DNA of 64,000 nucleotides from Candidatus Bathyarchaeota archaeon (GTDB lineage Archaea; Thermoproteota; Bathyarchaeia; TCS64). Positions 8,858 to 18,500 of this stretch are shown piece after piece (within the stretch, counting starts at the first letter, position 1; each line of letters begins with the position of its first letter). The translations under genes were made by a program, and so were the position numbers. The stretch spans positions 1 to 64,000 of the forward strand of contig JBDRQD010000015.1 in assembly GCA_043826455.1 (NCBI GenBank), read 5' to 3'. The notes below the pieces were generated by a model. The model was not told where the DNA came from and searched no databases. It saw only the letters and a list, made by a program, of their open reading frames with translations.

Positions 8858-11356
8858 TTGGGCTTAAAAAACGCCGCAGATAGTCCCACGATGAAGGTTA
8901 TCCACATCGACGACGAATCATCCCACCTGCATTTCACCAAGATGTTTCTTGAGATGGCGCACCCCGGCCTCAAGGTGCACTCAGCGTCATCAGTCGAGGA
9001 GCTGAACAATCTTCTGGCGATGGGCGCCGACTGCATAGTATCCGACTACAAGATGCCCAGAGTAAACGGTATCGAGCTCTGCGAATCCATAAAGAAGAAA
9101 GTAGACGTGCCCTTCATACTGTACACTGGCCACGGCAGCGAGTTTGTAGCAGAGAAAGCCTTCGCTGTGGGCGTGGATGACTATATAAGAAAGGAAATGG
9201 ACCCAAGCCATTACAGGGTCCTCTCCAAGAGAATCACTCAGGCAGTTGAGAAGTACCGGTCACAGAAAAGCAACAACCTGTATAAGAAGAGGCTGGAAAC
9301 CCTCCACAGGTACGCCATCAATATATCCTCCGCAATAGAGGTAGACGAGATTGCCTACCTGTCCTTCGAGGCTATAAAGGAGACCCTCGAGTGCAGCTTC
9401 GCCGGGTTTCATCTCCTTAGAGGTAATGAACTTGTGGAACTTTACATCACAGGAGCCACAGTCAACGAACCATACGTGCAGCCTTTAGATGGACCTGGGG
9501 TAACTGTAAGAGCAGTGAAATCGGGCTTGACACAAATTGTACACGACACACGACAGGACGAAGACTACGTCAGCTGGCCCAAAGACCTTGTTCTACTGTC
9601 AGAAGTTGCCGTGCCATTCACCCTTGGTGAGCAAGTCGCAGGAGTGTTGAACGTTGAGAGCGAGCGACAGGACGCTTTCACGAAGGAAGACGTAACACTG
9701 CTCGAGATACTGAGCTCATACATATCATCATCTTTAACAAGGCTACAGCAGGTTGAAACATACCGGGAATCAGAGAGGAGATGGAAGAGCTTTCTTGAGT
9801 CCTCGATGGATGCAGCGTTCGTCATGGTCGGCACCGAGATCGTTTATGCCAATAAAAGAGCTGTAGAACTATTGGGATACCATGACAGATCCGAGTTCAT
9901 TGGCTTGAACTCTCTATTACTAGTTAAATATGAGGATAGAGAGATGGTGCGGTCTAGGATGCTTAGCAGGCAGCGTGGTGAGGATCAGCCAAACCAATAC
10001 GACCTCACGCTCATCGATAGACAGGGAAAGGAGATCGTGGTTGAGACCAATGCCAGCCTCATAGAGTACTACGGGGAACCAGCCTCTCTCTCCTACTGCA
10101 GGGACATCTCGGCTAGGAAGAGATACGAGAAAAAGTTGACGGCTCTACACAAGTCAGCGATCAGACTGGGAAAATCTTACAGTCTGGACGATGTGTGTGA
10201 CGTGATTCTTGACACCATTGAATCTGTTCTAGGTTTCCAGTTCGCAGGCATTGCCATGCACGAGGACGGGTACCTGAAGTATGTTAAAACAAGGGGAGTC
10301 GTTTTCGCTAAAGAGTGGGTTATTCCTGTAACTGCGAAATGCGTCACGGCTCGAGCCTTTAGATCCCGTAAAACTCAAATTATTAGAGACACACGGCTTG
10401 ACCCTGATTACACTAACCCTCCAGTTGACACTGCATCAGATTACACTTCATTATCCGAATTGACATTGCCCATTAACGAGAACGGCAACATTCTAGGGGT
10501 AATTAACATCGAGAGCAAAGACCTAGACGCCTTTACAACATATGACGCTGAGCTCGTGGAGATACTAGCTATGCACTCGGCCTCAGCCATACGACGTATC
10601 CTTGAAAAGAACGAGCTCCAGAAGATCATCGACCAGAAGACCAGGGAGTCTATAGAGTCTGAGAAGCACAAAGCCATAGCAATGATCTCCTCCATGGTGG
10701 CCCACGATATGAGGGGCCCGCTACAGACGATAAAGAACTGCGTATATTTCTTGCAGAAAGACGACGAAGGCTATTCGGCTAAAATCAGCAGCGCAGTGGA
10801 CTACGCCGTCAAGATGCTGGAGGATCTTCAACAGTACACTGACCGCACTCCCCTGAACCAGGCACCCATCAGCCTAAATGCGCTGGTCCTCCAAACGATC
10901 CAAGATATCATCATGCCCATTGCCGTCGATGTGGAGGTTACCCTAGAGGACCTGGATGGGCTCATGCTTGACTACACCAAGATGCGGCGCGTCCTGAACA
11001 ACCTCGTGGCTAACTCCCTGGAAGCAATGCCCCAGGGCGGCTCACTGAGAATAAACGGGTATCTTGACGAAGACATGGTGCGCATAGAGGTAAGCGATAC
11101 AGGGGTCGGGATATCAGAAGACGTGATGAATAAGCTACTGACCGACTTCATCACCACAAAACCTAACGGACACGGCTTGGGGCTTCCCTTCTGTAAGAGA
11201 GTCATCGAGGCTCACGGAGGCAGGATACAAATACAGTCCAAGGTCAACGAGGGCACAGTTGTCACAATGACTATTCCATACGTGCATGAATCCGTTGAAA
11301 ACCCGGAGCCTCATATATACAGCGCACAGTACACAGTGAAAGAGGCTCAGTCTTAA
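8858..11356 (+). CDS. Hybrid sensor histidine kinase REC-GAF-PAS-GAF-HisKA-HATPase
   Basis: HIDDE/SDYKMP/YTG/YIRK receiver; two GAF domains (SEVAVP..GVLNVES; SELTLP..GVINIES); PAS (YANKRA); H-box AHDMRGPL, N-box NLVANS, DTGVG, GHGLGL; start may be ATG 8891. Confidence 0.93.
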   Translation: MGLKNAADSPTMKVIHIDDESSHLHFTKMFLEMAHPGLKVHSASSVEELNNLLAMGADCIVSDYKMPRVNGIELCESIKKKVDVPFILYTGHGSEFVAEKAFAVGVDDYIRKEMDPSHYRVLSKRITQAVEKYRSQKSNNLYKKRLETLHRYAINISSAIEVDEIAYLSFEAIKETLECSFAGFHLLRGNELVELYITGATVNEPYVQPLDGPGVTVRAVKSGLTQIVHDTRQDEDYVSWPKDLVLLSEVAVPFTLGEQVAGVLNVESERQDAFTKEDVTLLEILSSYISSSLTRLQQVETYRESERRWKSFLESSMDAAFVMVGTEIVYANKRAVELLGYHDRSEFIGLNSLLLVKYEDREMVRSRMLSRQRGEDQPNQYDLTLIDRQGKEIVVETNASLIEYYGEPASLSYCRDISARKRYEKKLTALHKSAIRLGKSYSLDDVCDVILDTIESVLGFQFAGIAMHEDGYLKYVKTRGVVFAKEWVIPVTAKCVTARAFRSRKTQIIRDTRLDPDYTNPPVDTASDYTSLSELTLPINENGNILGVINIESKDLDAFTTYDAELVEILAMHSASAIRRILEKNELQKIIDQKTRESIESEKHKAIAMISSMVAHDMRGPLQTIKNCVYFLQKDDEGYSAKISSAVDYAVKMLEDLQQYTDRTPLNQAPISLNALVLQTIQDIIMPIAVDVEVTLEDLDGLMLDYTKMRRVLNNLVANSLEAMPQGGSLRINGYLDEDMVRIEVSDTGVGISEDVMNKLLTDFITTKPNGHGLGLPFCKRVIEAHGGRIQIQSKVNEGTVVTMTIPYVHESVENPEPHIYSAQYTVKEAQS

Positions 11357-11385
11357 GGCTCATCGGATAAAAATTGTTGCGTGTG

Positions 11386-11844
11386 TCACCTGGTTTCCTC
11401 GTCTGTGAGCGTTGAATTCGCGAGATACGAGTCCAGGAGTCCCACCGACTTCTCCACACCCTCCTCGATGAGCTGCAGCATCTCCGTGGGGGACTCAATG
11501 TTGTACCTGGCCACGTGGACTGCCATCTTCACGCTGGCCATGTTGAACCGGAGGGCCTTCAACGAGTCCAGAAGCTCGTACAGGAACCCGTCCACTGCGT
11601 CAAGCTCATCCTTCATCGCCCTGTGGAGGAGGTACACGACTACGGTGAACCCCAGGTAGCTCACAACAGTCACCCCGTGGCTCCACAGGGCCATGGGGGT
11701 CATGTTCCTGGCGATCACGTCGATTATGGTCTTGTTCTCGTAGAACACCAGGTAGTCCACGGCCAGGTCCAGCAGTACCACGAAGATGCTCAGAGCTGCC
11801 CCGATGATCAGTATCTTGTACGGAGACCTCTTGAACCTGAGCAT
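11386..11844 (-). CDS. Two-TM membrane protein with His-less HisKA-like helical hairpin
   Basis: Two hydrophobic segments then amphipathic helices resembling a DHp domain; likely start MLRFKRS at 11844. Confidence 0.6.
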   Translation of the reverse strand: MLRFKRSPYKILIIGAALSIFVVLLDLAVDYLVFYENKTIIDVIARNMTPMALWSHGVTVVSYLGFTVVVYLLHRAMKDELDAVDGFLYELLDSLKALRFNMASVKMAVHVARYNIESPTEMLQLIEEGVEKSVGLLDSYLANSTLTDEETR

Positions 11845-11974
11845 CTCGGTCTGGATGCCATATGTGCCGATATAAGTGATATGAATAAATGTATCATATA
11901 ATGGGCGACCCTGTGTGTTGCTACACGTTACACACATTACGATATACACCTACAATGCAGGAAAAACTTGAAAC

Positions 11975-12427
11975 ATGGATTTAATTTCATCAATAATAGA
12001 GTTATACTTCAAGTTAATAGACTCAATAAACCTACGTAACGTAAGCATAGTCATAATAGTAATTATAATAGGCATAGAGTTCCTAGAGTTCTTCGTGGAT
12101 ACAGATGAAAGCGAAGAAACCGACGTGAAAGAGAAGAAACCCAGAAAGAGACGAGATAATACGTATTTTAAGAAGCTGTTCGGCTTAGAGGGTAAGAAGA
12201 GAAGCGTGAGAAGCGGTCTAGATAAGAGCGGACCCAGTGCCAGCCAGCCGGAAGCCCCCGCCACTGGAAGTAACCCGGGCCAGGGCTATCTGGCCGAGTA
12301 CGACGAGGCGCTCTCCTCGGGTAAGGGCAAGGTCCAGGTCATAGGCTCCAAGACCTACACGGTGAGGACGGTCCTGGACGGCAACTACATCTACCTGGAG
12401 GAAGTCGAGGAGAAGGCCTCGGGCTGA
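11975..12427 (+). CDS. Hypothetical protein with N-terminal TM helix and charged linker
   Basis: VSIVIIVIIIGIEFL hydrophobic stretch; first gene of the surface locus. Confidence 0.6.
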   Translation: MDLISSIIELYFKLIDSINLRNVSIVIIVIIIGIEFLEFFVDTDESEETDVKEKKPRKRRDNTYFKKLFGLEGKKRSVRSGLDKSGPSASQPEAPATGSNPGQGYLAEYDEALSSGKGKVQVIGSKTYTVRTVLDGNYIYLEEVEEKASG

Positions 12428-12441
12428 CATGTACCCGTGTT

Positions 12442-13002
12442 ATGTATCATTTTAACATAATCTACATATGGATAGAGGCTTTCCATCGCCTCGTGGAAGG
12501 ACCGGCCAACAACACGGGACACCCAGTTCTGGGTAAGGTGAAGAAGATCTGCTTATTCGTCCTTCCGTTCCTAGTGGGCTACATGGTGTTGCAGAGCGCC
12601 CTGCACACCAGTGAGCCCCTGGCGGTGTCCAAGGGCCGCAGCATGGAGCCCACCATCAGGGAGGGGGACGTACTGGTGTTCCGGGGTGTGTCCACCGAGG
12701 AGGTGAAGGTGGGGGATGTCCTCCTCTTCCAGGTGCCCGACGAGATGGTGGGGCTTCTGCCTGAGCGCATCACCCACCGGGTCGTCGAGATTAGGAAGGA
12801 GGCCGGTGTCACCTACTTTAGGACCAAGGGGGACAACGCGCCCCTGGATACCTTCGAGATCCCCGCCGATAAGGTGGTGGGGCTTAACATCGCCGTCATC
12901 CCGTACGTGGGGACCCCCGTCCTGTTCGCCCAGTCCCCCATCGGCATGGGGGCCATAATGGTGCTCATCGTGGCGTCTGAGAGGAGGGGGGTCGGGAGAT
13001 AG
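12442..13002 (+). CDS. Signal peptidase I, SEC11/SipW (S26B) type
   Basis: GRSMEPT (catalytic Ser), ITHRVV (His), FRTKGDN, N- and C-terminal TM; true start may be GTG 12538. Confidence 0.9.
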   Translation: MYHFNIIYIWIEAFHRLVEGPANNTGHPVLGKVKKICLFVLPFLVGYMVLQSALHTSEPLAVSKGRSMEPTIREGDVLVFRGVSTEEVKVGDVLLFQVPDEMVGLLPERITHRVVEIRKEAGVTYFRTKGDNAPLDTFEIPADKVVGLNIAVIPYVGTPVLFAQSPIGMGAIMVLIVASERRGVGR

Positions 13003-13673
13003 ACATCCTCCGCGTTGAGAAGCCGGATCTGGAGGATCTCCGCTCCTTCGTCAAGTACATCAAGGAGAAGGGGATCAAGATGGAGGAGATCAACGAGCTG
13101 CTGTACTACTTCGCGGAAAAGTACGGCTACGATCCCCTGGACTATAAGATCAACCTCATGACGGGTATCGTGGTGCCGAAGAAGCAGGAAAGCGCCGTGA
13201 ACTCGGGGGTGAGGGAGCCATCCCATGTACAATTGGAGAAGACCCATTCGAGTGGTCAAAGTCGGCCCCCTGCCGTGAATGAGGAGCAGGCGCCCCCAGA
13301 TAGGAAGAGGGTGGAAATAGAGGACAGCGTGGAGGGGCTGAGAACCTACAGGATATACGCCTACTCGCAGCAGGAGACAGCCGTTGGTCTAGTTCCCTCG
13401 GATCCGGGAGACTATCTCCGCGAGTTGGACGAGTGGATCACCTGTAATGGCCTGTCCTACTTGGAGGCCCGCCGGCTCATAGCATCCCTGGAGCTGAACA
13501 AGCGTATGGGGGAGCTGTACCCGCACCTGGATAGGAGTAGCGGCGAAGGGGTCCTATCGGAGTTCGATGAGTGGATACTGCTCCGGCACCTGAGCTACTT
13601 CAGGGTTAGGATGATGATCGCCGAGCTGGGGCAGGAGGAGGAGCGTGGCCGGCTGGAAGCCGTCGCGGCGTAG
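12999..13673 (+). CDS. Hypothetical cytoplasmic protein with three ~26-aa helical repeats
   Basis: Frame open from 12981; ATA 12999 overlaps the peptidase stop after SD GGAGG (ORF track start 13080); repeats LRELDEWITCNGLSYLEARRLIASL / LSEFDEWILLRHLSYFRVRMMIAEL. Confidence 0.6.
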   Translation: MDILRVEKPDLEDLRSFVKYIKEKGIKMEEINELLYYFAEKYGYDPLDYKINLMTGIVVPKKQESAVNSGVREPSHVQLEKTHSSGQSRPPAVNEEQAPPDRKRVEIEDSVEGLRTYRIYAYSQQETAVGLVPSDPGDYLRELDEWITCNGLSYLEARRLIASLELNKRMGELYPHLDRSSGEGVLSEFDEWILLRHLSYFRVRMMIAELGQEEERGRLEAVAA

Positions 13674-13680
13674 ATTGGAA

Positions 13681-14115
13681 ATGAGCGAAGAAAAGGTGAT
13701 GGGGGGCAGGGCCCTCAAGGTGGTGTTCATGGCCGCCTTACTGTTGGCGCCCATTTACTCGCTGTACCTGTTGGTGAGCACCTGGAGTAGGCCTGTGCCC
13801 AGAGTTGATTTTCTGGTCTACAAGGCCAAATATAACGCGACGGATGAGATGGTCACGGCCTGGATCGACCACAACGGGACCCGGACAGCGTACGGTGTTC
13901 GGGTTTTCGTGGAGTGGGGGACTGAGTGGACCGTGGATCGGGTGGGCCCTGAGGAGTTCATCAAGATATCGTATAAAAAGCCGCTTTCTGCTCAGGATTT
14001 TCCGTACTGGGAGGAGGTTTTCATGGAGTGGAAGTACCTGGATGAGGAAAATAAGCTAGTTGACGGCGATAATATACTATTTATTATACTCACGAGAAAT
14101 GATATAGTCTATTAA
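13681..14115 (+). CDS. Membrane-anchored small beta-rich (Ig/CARDB-like) protein
   Basis: N-terminal TM then 'VTAWIDHNGTRTAYGVRVFVE' beta pattern; NAT/NGT sequons. Confidence 0.6.
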   Translation: MSEEKVMGGRALKVVFMAALLLAPIYSLYLLVSTWSRPVPRVDFLVYKAKYNATDEMVTAWIDHNGTRTAYGVRVFVEWGTEWTVDRVGPEEFIKISYKKPLSAQDFPYWEEVFMEWKYLDEENKLVDGDNILFIILTRNDIVY

Positions 14116-14204
14116 TATTAAATAAAAACTAATGATGTTGCTAATATGTATTTACTAATCCATAGTCTTTATGAACAAAATTTTGTGTCATTTGTCTGAG
14201 TACT

Positions 14205-14792
14205 ATGAAGAAAAGAGGTAAAATAGGCGAGTTCTTCAACAGGAAAAGCATAAAACTAGGTCTTCTACTGATCTCAGCTCTTCTCATAGCCACCACCAGC
14301 ACCAACGTATACTATGGCCTACTGTCGGAAAGCTCAGTGGGCATCGTCGAGGCCAAGGTTCACTTCACGGCTGGAGACGACTCCACGGCGGCCGGGTACA
14401 TCCCAGGCGCCAACGAGACCTACTGTCGGCTGTCTCTGAACGCGTACGCTAACGTGACCCTGTACTATGAGCAGGCCGTCAACATCACCAACACCGACAC
14501 CGCTGCACACGACATCAGGTTGAGGCACGTGACCATCAGCCCCACAAGTGGAGATGTCAGCGTGGGTAACTTCACCCAGATTGACTTCAAGATCGTGGAT
14601 AAGGCTGGGGTCGTGCAGAGAACCCTGACGTACACTACCACTGGAGACACATGGAACGCCCCTGGGGCCCCAACGGCCTACATAACGCTGCCCGCCTCGA
14701 CTGAGTGGACCGTTCAGATTGAGACAAGGGCTGCGCCGGGTGCGAATAAAGTGTCCTGTTGGATCGAGATCGCCATAGACGTAGACGAGTAG
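14205..14792 (+). CDS. TasA/AbpA-like secreted fibre (bundling pilus) subunit
   Basis: Basic N-region plus hydrophobic signal, mature start near NVYYG, ~160-aa all-beta domain with 'AVNITNTD...DIRL', no C-terminal anchor, encoded near a SipW-type peptidase. Confidence 0.7.
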   Translation: MKKRGKIGEFFNRKSIKLGLLLISALLIATTSTNVYYGLLSESSVGIVEAKVHFTAGDDSTAAGYIPGANETYCRLSLNAYANVTLYYEQAVNITNTDTAAHDIRLRHVTISPTSGDVSVGNFTQIDFKIVDKAGVVQRTLTYTTTGDTWNAPGAPTAYITLPASTEWTVQIETRAAPGANKVSCWIEIAIDVDE

Positions 14793-14838
14793 TCTACACC
14801 CGAACCCTAAGGCGAAACCGAGACGGAGATAGTGGGCA

Positions 14839-15510
14839 ATGGGAGTATACGCGCCGGAGCTTCTGATACTTTATGCATTGGACATGTTTCTGGTCCTAAG
14901 CATAGTTACTTGTATGTTTGACTCCCATTTCCCTGTCGCTGTACCCTACTTCTTCCAGCTTCTGAGCATTGCCGGTACCGGCCACATGTACGTGAGCCGG
15001 TTCTACGAAGGCATGTTCACTGTTGAGAGCCGCTTCCTTTACAGCGTGTTCTACTTAGGGGCCTTCATGACCTCATCTTTCGCGGTTTCAGCCTATTTAT
15101 TCTTAGCAAAGAACAGGGCCAAGGGGCTCATGTTCTTAGGTGGCTTCAGCCTCCCGTCGACGCTCTTCGGCGTCTACATAGTGACGGTGTTCAGGAACGA
15201 GTTGCCCATACCCTGGTTCCTCAGCTCAGGCTTCTTCGCAAGCTGGCTGCCTGTGCTGCTGTTGCTCAGCTTCACCATCCTGTTCGCCGGGATGTCCATG
15301 TTCTTTGATCCGGGCTCCGCAAAGCTACCGTCCATGAGGAAGCTCATCCAAGGGCTACTTCAGAGGCGGGTGGGCGAAGAGGTGGAAGAAGAGGAAGAGG
15401 AGGAGGAAGAAGCCTACTATGAAGCTCTCGACGAGTTCAACCCCGTCGACTTTGTCCACGTCACCCGTCTGGAGGAGCACGATGAGGTTGACTATGACAG
15501 GAGTCGCTGA
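14839..15510 (+). CDS. Multi-pass membrane protein with poly-Glu cytoplasmic tail
   Basis: About 5 hydrophobic segments, then an E-rich tail (15376-15411). Confidence 0.7.
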   Translation: MGVYAPELLILYALDMFLVLSIVTCMFDSHFPVAVPYFFQLLSIAGTGHMYVSRFYEGMFTVESRFLYSVFYLGAFMTSSFAVSAYLFLAKNRAKGLMFLGGFSLPSTLFGVYIVTVFRNELPIPWFLSSGFFASWLPVLLLLSFTILFAGMSMFFDPGSAKLPSMRKLIQGLLQRRVGEEVEEEEEEEEEAYYEALDEFNPVDFVHVTRLEEHDEVDYDRSR

Positions 15511-15525
15511 CTGGGGTGAGGCCGT

Positions 15526-18500
15526 CTGAGGGCTTCGAAGAGAGTCAAATTTATTTTACTTGCGTTGATCCTGGGGGCCTTATCCCAGGCTCACGCCCTG
15601 GTATATTATGGGTTTAACTCCGGGTCGAAGGCGTCTATTACTGGCTCGGATGTTATCTTGGAGCAGGGGACCTCGGGCACCAGTGTTGTATACACGAATG
15701 CGACGAGCGCGTACTCTGAGGTGGATAGTCACTCCACCACCTTCTATCCGAATGACTACAACATCACTCAGGGCGTGTACGTGTCTGGGGCCACGCCCGA
15801 CGATGTCATGGGCATCGATAATGACTACTTCATTGTGGACGCCACCGGGTATACCACTAGTACAGCGGTGTACTATCCCTCAATCTACAATCTGTTAGGG
15901 GGGACCACTCTCTTCTCCGGCTCTATCAGCGATGTGAGCAGCGATAACGGTGTCTACATGTCCTTCAAGAGCTACCTGAGCGACAACCCGAACATAGAGG
16001 ACTACGTCGACAACGATACCTCAGACGTCGACTCCACCGCGGACAAGGGATTTAGCAGCAACTTTACCGACCAGCAGGTCGGGCCCGACGCATCGTACGA
16101 TGAGTTGAGGGAACAGTACTTTGGGGGGCTGGTGGAGGACTACGTTGACCTTGATACGAGTGACGTGGACTCTTCAAGTGACGTAGGTAACCTCGTCGAC
16201 TTCTCCAACATGAAGAGCCTAAGTTTGGGTTATTCCACATTATCGGAGGCAGTAAGCCCGGTTAAAAACGTGAGCAGCGCTGAGAGTTGGAGTGGCACAG
16301 GCGCTAACTCGCACAGCTTCCAGTATAATCTTCAGAGTGGGGCAGGTAATAACAGGCTCGTCGTGGTAGGTGTTACTTGGGAGGACGCCGAGGCCTCGGC
16401 TTCTGCCAGTGTCACCTTCGACGGCGTACCAATGATCAATGTAGCGTCTGTCACCATCGGTTCCGGCTATTCGGCTTATGCTGGTATGTGGTACATGAAC
16501 GAGTCTCTGCTTCCCTCAACCACAGGAAACAAGTGGGTCAGTGTCAGCGTCTCCCAGGCGATAACCCGAGAGATATACGTTACAGTGGCAGAGTACACCG
16601 GCGTCGCCCAGGAAGCCCCGGACGATTATGCTACGCATGCAAACACCGCCAGTGGTAACACGGCTGTTACATTGACGGTCGCTGACAGTGGCTCCATAGT
16701 TGTCGCGGTGGGTGTGCAAGGCGGCACCAACTCCTGGGCCAACACGAATAATCTGGACAATATCCAAGACGCCCTGCTCACAAGCTTCGGAGGGGCGTTA
16801 GGCAACCACGAGAATGCGGCTTCCGGTGACATTACAGTTGGCTGGAACAGTCTTGACACAAGAGAAGGAATGGTTGGGGCTGTTTGGTCGGCTTTCACGA
16901 ATTATCAGCTCGACCAGGAGATCCAGTGGACTAATCCTGTTAACTATCTGCAGGGAGCTGAGCTCGTGGTAATGACTGGTGCCCATACAGGCAACGAGGA
17001 CCTCACAGTCCAGTACTGGAGCATCGGCTCCAGCCAGTGGGTGACTCTGGGGAACTTGACAGCGAACTCATGGAACAATTATACAATCGGTTCGTATCTC
17101 ACAGGCTTGGACTTCACCATCAGGTTCAAGGGTACCATCGAGACCGGCGATGTCGTCCAGGACACTTGGCAGATTGACGCCGCTTTCATCCGGCTGCTTG
17201 GAAGTGGGAGCAGAGAGGATTATGTGGACAACGATGCCAGTGATATGGACTCTTCACCGGACAAGGGGACTCATTCCAGCTTCGCATCACAGCAAGCTGG
17301 CCCAGACGCGGTCTACGATACCTTAACAGAAAGCGGGAAAATAAACACAACGTTGATCGACGCTGAGAGCTTCGAGAGCACGTGGCCTCCGACGGGGTGG
17401 AGCGCAACGGGGAACTGGAACCGGGAAGCCAACGAGGCTTACCAGGGGACCTATTCGGCGGACTTCGACGGGAGCTCTTCAGGCAACCTAGTTACACCCA
17501 GCTTCGACTGCTCTGGAGCATCCTCAATATATGTAAGCTTCTGGTTTAGGGACGACGACCTCGATGACGACGACTTTCTTCTCCAGTACTGGGATGGGGG
17601 CCAGTGGGACACAATACAGGACATGAATGGCTACTCGGAGGACACCTGGCACCACTGGGAGCAGAACGTCACCGACAGCCAGTACTTCATCAACGGCTTC
17701 CAGGTCCGATTTGTGGGTAACACCGTATTCTGGGGTGAGACCATCTATGTCGACGTCGTGACAATAAAGAAGGAGGTGAAAAGCTGCGAACTGGACCTAG
17801 AAGTCCAGTGGACAAACGTAGATCACCTCCTACCCTACGAGGAACTATGCATATATGCCGGGACAACGGGCGCCGAGGACCTTAAGGTTGAGGTCTGGAA
17901 CACGACCACGTCCAGCTGGGAAACGCTGCTAAGCGACCTGACAGCCAACAGCTGGAACAACGTATCTATCTCCGGGTGGCTCACAGGCAACAACTTCACC
18001 ATCAGGTACATAGGCGGCACCGAAACAGGTGACTCCACCCAGGACCAGTGGCAGATCGATGTAGCTCTGATAAAGGTCTGGGCCAACGAGACGGCCCAGT
18101 ACACCCTCGACTTTGAGTACCAGTGGACAGGCGCCGACTTCTGGGAGCAGAACGAGGAGCTCTGCATATACGGGGGAACCATGGGTGCCGAGGACATCCT
18201 CGTGGATGTTTGGTACGGCGACGCCTGGAACAACGTGCTCTCGGACCTCTCCCCAGGGTGGAACAACGTATCCATAACGTCATACTTGGACTCTTCAAGC
18301 CTTACCATCAGGCTGAGAGGAGGCTCAGAAGCCTCCGATGCGATCAGAGACGCGTGGCTGATAGATGCCTCGCTAATCCACGTGTGGGGCCCAGAGTACA
18401 CCGCGGAAGTCGAGCTACTGGGGACAAGCAACCTCTACGAGTGGTCACAGGTCGAGTGGACCACTGACAGCGCCTGGACCAACGAGTCAGTCAGGGTCGA

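Noticed and set aside
15376..15411. GAR triplet run as a possible contingency repeat
   Set aside because: Mixed GAA/GAG codons encoding poly-Glu; not a pure slippage tract.
15997..18400. Repeats in the giant gene as possible DGR template/variable repeats or CRISPR
   Set aside because: Similarity is at protein level with dispersed divergence, not adenine-specific; no reverse transcriptase, cas genes or regular spacers.
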